In this document: piece by piece, positions 55,440 through 64,000 of the stretch
Layout of the letters: the number at the start of each line of letters is the position of its first letter
Position numbering within the stretch: position 1 is the stretch's first letter
Source of the DNA: Octopus vulgaris
Lineage: Eukaryota
Assembly: GCA_951406725.2 (NCBI GenBank)
Contig: OX597827.1
Span: forward strand, 22,568,001 to 22,632,000
Length of the DNA stretch: 64,000 nt
Direction of reading: 5' to 3'
Made by a program: the position numbers and the translations under genes
The notes under the pieces: model-generated
What the model was told of the DNA's origin: nothing
Database searches by the model: none
What the model saw: only the letters and a program-made list of their open reading frames with translations

Positions 55440-55840
55440 GCACTTTGAACACACCCTATAAAACACTGATTGTCTCAGGCTACAGCTTATCACAATTCCA
55501 TCCTGGTAACCAGGTCTACCTGACAGGGGTGGACCCCCGAAACTGTTCCTCACTCTCCCTACAGTCCAGACCTTGCTCCCAGTGACATTTGGTTTTTCTC
55601 CAAGGAGAAGGAGAACCTGGGAGAGGCTGTCGTTTTGAAGACATTGAAAAGATGAAGAAGGTTGTGACAAGCAAGGGTCCAGAATACTTTCGGTTTGGAG
55701 GAAATCCAAGGGGCCCTCACGATGTGGCTGCATCGTAACAAAAAGTCCGTTGAAAACAGAGGAGCCTACTATTTATATTTCTTTGAAATTAATTAATGTC
55801 CCTCCTGAAAAAGTCTCAAGACTTCTGGAATGCACCTCGA
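55440..55840 (+). mobile_element. Mariner transposase 3' relic
   Basis: CACTCTCCCTACAGTCCAGACCTTGCTCCCAGTGACATTTGG = HSPYSPDLAPSDIW (mariner YSPDLAPSD motif). TIR-like end CTTCTGGAATGCACCTCG. Confidence 0.7.
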
Positions 55841-56298
55841 ACATAACACACAAGTATCTCCACTACCTACAGCCCTAGATATGTGTGTGTAAGTTATAGA
55901 GGTGCGCAGTGCTCAATACATAATGCAGAGCCTATTACAGTATACTCTAATAAGTGTATATTAATATATATATACACAAAAATACTTATCAAAATACAAC
56001 TATTAATATTGATATTATATCTCGTACCCATAGGTTTCATGTAGTGTCGTACAATCATCAGCAACGAAGAAGGTCTGGGTAATACAGCAACTGTGTCTAT
56101 ATTCACTTTCGGGTGTTCCATGTAATCGAATTGTTACGGTTTCAATTCTGTTGTTTCTCGAATTTTACTGCTATACGAAAATGTTTTATTACACACACAT
56201 ACACACACGCACACACACTCACACACAAACATACATACATACATACATACATACATGCATACGTACGTACATACATTGGTATACTTATGGCATCAACA

Positions 56299-56381
<83 letters not shown>

Positions 56382-56936
56382 TGGTTGATATCATAAGAAC
56401 TCATAAACTTCGAGTGAACGTGAAATAATTCATTTCTGGAACGGTGGATCTCGAGGCAAATAAAGCTATAAATAGTAATGTTTAAATATCAAACTGATCC
56501 CATTTTTATCCCCTTTCAGGGTACCTCTCCCTTTACTCACTTACACGCCTCAGCAAAGTTTTGGTCCTTGCCGAAGAATTTCTTCGTCTGTGTCACACAG
56601 CAATACTCTTTTGGTAAATACCAATTCCTCGCCAGCGACCAGACTCTCTCCTATCGTGTTGCATTCGTTGCTTCAATGCCAAAGCTGCTTTTGCAGCTTT
56701 TTTGATGTCGTTTTTGTAAAACGTTGATGTTGTTGTTGTTTGTTGTTGTTGTTGTTGTTGCCAATATGTGGAACGAAGATCCAATATCTTTCAACATTCC
56801 AAGAATTCAGTAATGCAGTTATTAGAGCTGTGTGTGTGTGCGTGTGTATGTGTGTGTGTGTGTGTGTGTGTATCCTGCCTCCGCAAATGGTGATCGTGAG
56901 AAAATTGCAATTAAAATTATGTTGATGATGTTAATG

Positions 56937-56964
56937 ATCCTCCTCCTCCTCCTCCTCCTCCTCC

Positions 56965-57001
<37 letters not shown>

Positions 57002-57247
57002 TATCATCATCATCCTCATCCCCCTCATCATCATCATTGTCATCATCATCATCATCATCGTCGTCGTCGTCGTCGTCATCATCATCGTCATCGTCGTCAT
57101 CTTCAACATAATCAACATCGACGTCGCCGTCATCATCATCATCACCATCGTCATCATCACCATCATCACCATCATCATCATCGTCATCATCACCATCATC
57201 ATCATCGTCACCATCATCATCATCATCATCACCATCATCACCAAAAC

Positions 57248-57304
<57 letters not shown>

Positions 57305-57335
57305 TACCATCATCATCATTGACAGCATCATCATA
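56937..57335. repeat. Compound (TCC)n/(ATC)n trinucleotide microsatellite
   Basis: Direct reading. Confidence 0.9.
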
Positions 57336-57902
57336 TAGATTTCTATGTCGTTGAATATCACTAATTATAGCACGGTATCCGATCTACTCTACACTGTTCA
57401 TTTCCCTGCGGAAGGACGAAGGCAAAAGTCGATTTTCATCTCCATAAAACTCCAATACTTTAACGTAGTAAATTTATTACTTTGTATGTCCAGAACATAT
57501 ACAAGTCGACAATAGTTCGTTCTACGAGTCTACGAAACATTAAGTCGCATGGAGTTGAGTTAAATTATTAGAAAAATTATTTGTAACACCAACCAAATGT
57601 GTTGGGTGACACTTTCGTTTGTCCACTCGCGCACGCGTGCGTATTTATATGTGTGTGTTTGTTTTTATGTTCAGTTACGATAAAAACGATTTTGCATTAA
57701 TCTGATGGGTTACTCTATACTTTTGTAGAGTACAAATTTATTGCTCTTATATAAGAATATTACTGACGGTAACTTCGAAGTTTCGGCCAGCTAAGCCGAC
57801 GATGCTTAGCTGGTCAAAACTTCGAAGTCACTGTTTGTAATATTCTTGTTTAAGAATAATGTGTGTGTGTGTTTATGTATGTATGCACGTATATATGTAT
57901 GC

Positions 57903-57937
<35 letters not shown>

Positions 57938-58027
57938 TGTATGTATGTATGTATGTATGTATGTGTATGTATGTATATATGTATGTATGTATGCATGTAT
58001 GTATGCATATATATGTATGTATGTATG

Positions 58028-58061
<34 letters not shown>

Positions 58062-58368
58062 TGTATGTATGTATGTATGCACGTATATGTATGCATATAT
58101 ATGTATGTATGCACGTATATATGTATGCATATATATGTATGTATGTATGCATGTATGTATGTGTGTGTATGTATGTGTGTGTATGTATGTATGTATGTAT
58201 GTATGTATGTATGTATGTATGTATGCACGTGTGTATGTATGCATATATATATGTATGTATGTGTATATGTATGTATATATGTATGTATGTATGCACGTAT
58301 ATATGTATGCATATATATGTATGTATGTATGTATGTATATATGTATGTATGCACGTATATATGTATGC

Positions 58369-58403
<35 letters not shown>

Positions 58404-58617
58404 TGTATGTATGTATGTATGTATGTATGTATGCATGTATGTATGTATTCAGACCACCTCCCCAGATAACTTCTCTTGAGTCTCTAAAAAGCGCTGCTCT
58501 TTTTCTAATATACATGAAAATATGCTTAACTTCTTAACTGGTTATTAATTGTGTGCGTGTATAAATGATAAGGTACTTAAAAGTGTTAAGTTGTTAACTG
58601 ATCGATATTTGAAGTAA

Positions 58618-59005
58618 AGTGAGGAACTGGCAGAACCGTTAGCACGCCGGGCGAAATGCTTAGCGGTATTTCGTCTGCGTTACGTTGTGAGTTCAAATTC
58701 CGCCGAGGTCGACTTTGCCTTTCATCCTTTCGGGTTCGATAAATTAAGTACCAGTTACGCACTGGGGTCGATGTAATCGACATAATACCTATGTCTGTCC
58801 TTGTTTGTCCCCTCTGTGTTTAGCCCCTTGTGGGCAATAAAGAAATAGGTATTTCGCCCGTCTTCACGTTCTAAGTTCAAAGTCCGCCGAGGTCGACTTT
58901 GCTTTTCATTCTTCTGGGATCGATAAAATAAGTACCAGTTGCGTAGTGAGGTCGATGTAATCGACTTATCGCCCTCCCCAGAACTTGCTGGCCTTGTGCA
59001 AAAAT
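58618..59005 (+). mobile_element. SINE family A with internal tandem duplication
   Basis: Body repeated at ~58665 and ~58848. Same architecture as 27848-28262. Confidence 0.8.
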
Positions 59006-60019
59006 CTGAAGTGGAACATTCGAAGTTCGCAGTTAAAAACATTGAAAGACAAACATTGGTAAGGTTAATAGTTTGCTACAAATACTGGTGCTGCTGCTGC
59101 TGCTAGTAGTAGTAGTTCGACGATTAAGATGATGATGATTCTGTAAGATGTGTTTCGAGAAACCCTCGCTACCGTGGTCAGCAACTAACAACAACAACAA
59201 CAATACCACGAATATTACCACAATCACCACCCTTAATACCACCCTAACGATCATCACTATCACAAGCCCTAACAACAACAACAACAACAACGCCAGCAAC
59301 ATCACAGTAACGACTGCCATTTTGCCGCTTAAACACAGAATATAACGAATTTTAATTCGATAAGGTGGGCAAATCTTTTCGTAATCCGTCTTTTTATTCA
59401 GCTTGTTAATCCATTAATTAATCTTCTCCTCATTTTTTGCCTTCCATCCTCTCAAACAGACGACAACCCTCAACAAAACGGTCGTTCGCCGTCCTGCTGT
59501 CTGAACGCCTCCACTTACTTTAGCCACAGTTACATCCCTTCATTAAACATGGTGACATATGGTTTAGCTTGCCCTTAACGCCTCAGTTGCTCTTTCTGCA
59601 CCTTTATTGTTATTCTTGTTGTTGTTGGTTATTTAGCTTTTGGTTTGTTTACTGTTTTTTATTCATTTATTTTTATTTGTTTTATCATAATTTCGTATTT
59701 TCTTGTCTTTCTCTTTTCGTTAACGCTACCAACTTTCTACCAAATTGAGGGATGCATGTGTATGCGGAAGAGAGTATACATGGTGACGGCGTATATGTGT
59801 GTAAGAGGGTCTGTATGCATGCCAATGTGAATGTTGCAGTGTGTGTCTCTGTGTGTGTGTGTGTGTTCTTTCATTAGCTTGTTAGACCCCATTGTGATCA
59901 AATGGATATGTATGTGTGAATGTCTTTTTGTATGTATACGAAAGTATATTTATGTATATATATGTATATGTGTTTGTATGTGTATCTGTGTGTGTATATG
60001 TATGCATGCATGTATGTAT

Positions 60020-60081
<62 letters not shown>

Positions 60082-60143
60082 ATATATATATTTATCTCGA
60101 TATATACATATATCCATATACTTACTATTACAAACATATATTC

Positions 60144-60200
<57 letters not shown>

Positions 60201-60662
60201 GTACACCCACACACATTCACTTGTACACATATGCGTGTGTGTGTGTATGTGCTTTCTCTCTCTTTTTCTTTCTCCTTAATAAAAAATTGTGGTTTTTATT
60301 GACATCCAACCACTACCTCTGACTTTTCTGTTCCATTCTTCTAATTTCGTTCTTTCTTATTTCATCCAATATTCACTTCTTCTTCTTCTTCTTCTTCTTA
60401 TATACATATGCCCCAGCATGGCCGCAATCCAACGACTGAAACAAATAAAAGAAATAAATGTGTGTATGCGCGTATGTGTGTGTGTGTGTATCTGTCTATC
60501 TATTTCTCTGTCTGTCTGTTTGTCGTGATCCACCCCACGTACCCATTAATTTTCCGGTCTTTCTGAAAGGATTAACAACTCATTGAGGATAAAAAGATTT
60601 CAAAAGGAGCTCTTTCTTCTCTCAAAAGCTAAGTACCGCCGTCAAACACACACAAACACACA

Positions 60663-60734
<72 letters not shown>

Positions 60735-61244
60735 AATAATCATGGTGAGCGCGTAAATCGCCGCTGATGAAACCTACTTTCACAAACACACCGAGCGATT
60801 CTCGCTCGAACATGGCGAGTGGCACAAACGATTTCGCGGCACCAGAGAAACATCACGTGGTAAGAAAAAAAGAAACGAGAGAAAGAGAAGGAGATAAGGC
60901 ATATGATGCAAGAAGGATGAGGAAGCAGAAGATTTTACGAACAAGAGCGGAGCTTGACGCGTGCCGCCTCTTAGTTTCAGCCACTCGACTGTGTCTCAAT
61001 GCGGATTACACCACCCTCTGTTCGTCCACAAACAGTCACAAACAGCCCCAAACCGCCTACTTCATTTAGACCCAGCAACGTAAATCTGTTGGCTGTTTAG
61101 CTTCGCTTTTGTTGGAGAGTAATGTGGACAACTCTCGTGGCTGTTGTTGAATGTTTCTCTTTAAGCTGTCCGTTTATCGCTTCTAGAGAAATAGACAGCA
61201 AAGTAGACAGGTAAGAGATACAGGTATACAGGTGTGTGTGTGTG

Positions 61245-61396
<152 letters not shown>

Positions 61397-62126
61397 TGTC
61401 TGCATATATGCATATATATACACACACACACAAAGCACACACTCACATACATACACGCACACACACGCGTATACTCTGTCTCACACACGCACACACACAT
61501 TTAAGCGTATGTGTATATGCGCGTGTTGTATATAGATAGGGAAATACATAAATAGACAGATGGATGGATAGAGAGAGGGGGAGAGAGAGAGAGGCCAATA
61601 AACAGACAGACGGTCAAGCAGGCAGGCAGGCAGGCAGGCAAGAAGGCGGACAGATGTGTTGGAAGACGAAAATATGTTGAATGCCCACTTGGCATCGTGG
61701 AACAATTGCTGACACTCTCTGGTCCACGTGACTCAAAATGGCAACACGACTGTTCTGATTAGGGCTGTATAGGACCCTTACTTTTGTTGATGGTGGTGTT
61801 TAGGGGGATCGTTATGGTTTGACCGGATAATCGGTCAGATTCCTAGCTTAGGGATCTTACATTCAATCTTCTTTTACGTGCCGAAGGCTTCCTGTGTAAA
61901 GCCCAGCCTCACCACCACCACCGCCACCGCCATCCTCACCAGTACTACCAACACCAACTACGTTATCACCATCGTCATCACCATCACCATCACCATCATC
62001 TTCATAATTAGACTGAATCGTTAGTGTCAGGAAAAATTCCTTGCGATATTCACTTAAATAAATATTTTGCGTTCAAATCCTGCCGAGGTCGACTTTGCTT
62101 TGAATCTTTCAGAGGTCGCAGTAGTG

Positions 62127-62179
<53 letters not shown>

Positions 62180-62280
62180 GGTGGTGGTGGTGGTAGTGGT
62201 GGTGGTTGGTGGTGGTGGTGGTAGCAACAGCAGCAGCAGTAGTGGTGGTGGTGGTGGCGGTGGTGGTGGTGGTGGTGGTG

Positions 62281-62314
<34 letters not shown>

Positions 62315-62342
62315 CAGCAGCAACAGCAGTAGTAGCAGTAGC

Positions 62343-62399
<57 letters not shown>

Positions 62400-62417
62400 T
62401 GCAGCAGCAGCAGTAGC

Positions 62418-62454
<37 letters not shown>

Positions 62455-62745
62455 TTTTGAAGATGGCTGAAGTGTCCAAACGTAACTCTATACAGAAGTC
62501 CGAATTCTGTGTTTGTCCTATAGGAAAAACTAAGTTATTTATTCCATTAACGCATGAGTTACAACAACGCCACTTTATACTTTGGAGTAGAAAAAAAAAA
62601 GATTATCGCTAGACGTTATTCAATATTATATTTTATTGATATTTCCTTCTTTGTATAAGAATACGTCATCTACGTCTGGTGAACCTCCAAGAACTACCAA
62701 GACTTTTTGAACAGATCATTGAACATTGAACAAAAAACTGACACA

Positions 62746-62903
62746 GGTGCAGGCGTAGTTGTGTGGTACAGAGCTTGCTTCCAAATCACACGGTTCTGGG
62801 CTCAGTTCCACTGCGTGGCACCTTGGGTGTGTGTCTTCCATTATAGCCTCCGACCGACCAAAGCCTTGTGAGTGGATTTGGTAGACAGAAACCTAAAGAA
62901 GCT
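62746..62903 (+). mobile_element. SINE family B 5' half
   Basis: GGTGCAGGCGTAGTTGTGTGG...GGATTTGGTAGACAGAAAC. Ends where the satellite begins. Confidence 0.75.
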
Positions 62904-62909
62904 TCAAAG

Positions 62910-64000
62910 AAGACGATAAAAAACAACGATGATACGCGGGTGGAATGAAAGTTTGTCAAACGATAACAAACAGCGATGATACGCGGGCGGAATGAAAGTT
63001 ATGCCGATGATAACAAACAACGATGATACGCGGGCGGAATGAAAGTTTTGCAGACGATAACAAAAAACGATGATACACGGGCGGAATGAAAGTTTTGCAG
63101 ACGATAACAAACAGTGATGATACGCGGGCGGAATGAAAGTTTTGCCTATGATAACAAACAGCGATGATAGACGGGCGGAATGAAAGTTTTGCAGACGATA
63201 ACAAAAAACGATGATACACGGGCGGAATGAAAGTTTTGCCCATGATAACAAACAACGATGATACGCGGGCGGAATGAAAGTTTTCCAGACGATAACAAAA
63301 AACGATGAGACGCGGGCGGAATGAAAGTTTTGCAGACGATAACAAACAGTGATGATACGCGGGCGGAATGAAGGTTTTGCACACGATAAAAAACAGCGAT
63401 GATACGCGGGCGGAATGAAAGTTTTGCCTATGATAATAAACAGCGACGAAACGCGGGCGGAATGAAAGTTTTGCAGACGATAACAAACAACGATGATACG
63501 CGAGCGGAATGAAAGTTTTGCAGACGATAACAAAAAACGATGATGCGCGGGCGAAATGAAAGTTTTGCAGACGATAAAAAACAGCGATGATACACGGGTG
63601 GAATGAAAGTTTTGCAGACGATAACAAACAACGATGATACACGGGTGGAATGAAAGTTTTAGCGATGATAACAAACAGCGATGATACACGGGCGGAATGA
63701 AAGATTTGCCTATGATAACAAAAAGCGATGATAAACGAGCGGAATGAAAGTTTTGAAGACGATAACAAAAAACGATGATACACGGGCGGAATGAAAGTTT
63801 TGCAGACGATAACAAACAGACGATGATACGCGGGCGGAATGAAAGTTTTGCAGACGATAACAAACAGCGATGATAGACGGGCGGAATGAAAGTTTTGCAG
63901 ACGATAACAAACAGCGATGATACACGGGCGGAATGAAAGTTTTGCCCATGATAACAAACAACGATGATACGCGGGCGGAATGAAAGTTTTCCAGACGATA
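62910..64000. repeat. 47-bp CpG-rich tandem satellite, ~23 copies, continues beyond window
   Basis: Unit approximately GACGATAACAAACAACGATGATACGCGGGCGGAATGAAAGTTTTGCA. Period 47 (e.g. 63053/63100, 63901/63948). Confidence 0.95.

Noticed and set aside
62904-63961. CRISPR array, repeat-protein gene or CENP-B box
   Set aside because: No unique spacers, the 47-bp unit is not a multiple of 3, and the TTCG half of the CENP-B box is missing.

Overview
AT-rich eukaryotic DNA saturated with microsatellites. The SINE families and repeat landscape look cephalopod/Octopus-like, which is an inference. No host protein-coding gene can be supported, and almost all listed ORFs are microsatellite artefacts. 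The window holds mobile DNA: Dong/R4, RTE and CR1-like LINE fragments, tRNA-type SINEs, decayed Tc1/mariner elements, hAT-, Merlin- and pogo-like MITEs, Helitron-like pieces and a terminal 47-bp satellite. The main feature is a Neptune-type Penelope-like element (PLE) at ~14021-18685 on the minus strand, inserted in (TA)n. Unlike canonical single-ORF PLEs, it has an upstream ORF1 overlapping the RT/GIY-YIG frame. The two frames are joined by a U_UUU_UUA GGG heptamer, identical to the HIV-1 gag-pol slippery site, in exactly the -1 register. The conserved PLE N-terminal motif lies upstream of the first ORF2 ATG, which points to candidate programmed -1 frameshifting. Several type I hammerhead ribozyme motifs also occur in (TA)n-embedded non-coding elements. 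These include a near-identical 533-bp retrozyme-like array, a rod-folding ~310-nt element and a variant family with an extra A in the core. All coordinates were read by eye and element boundaries are approximate.
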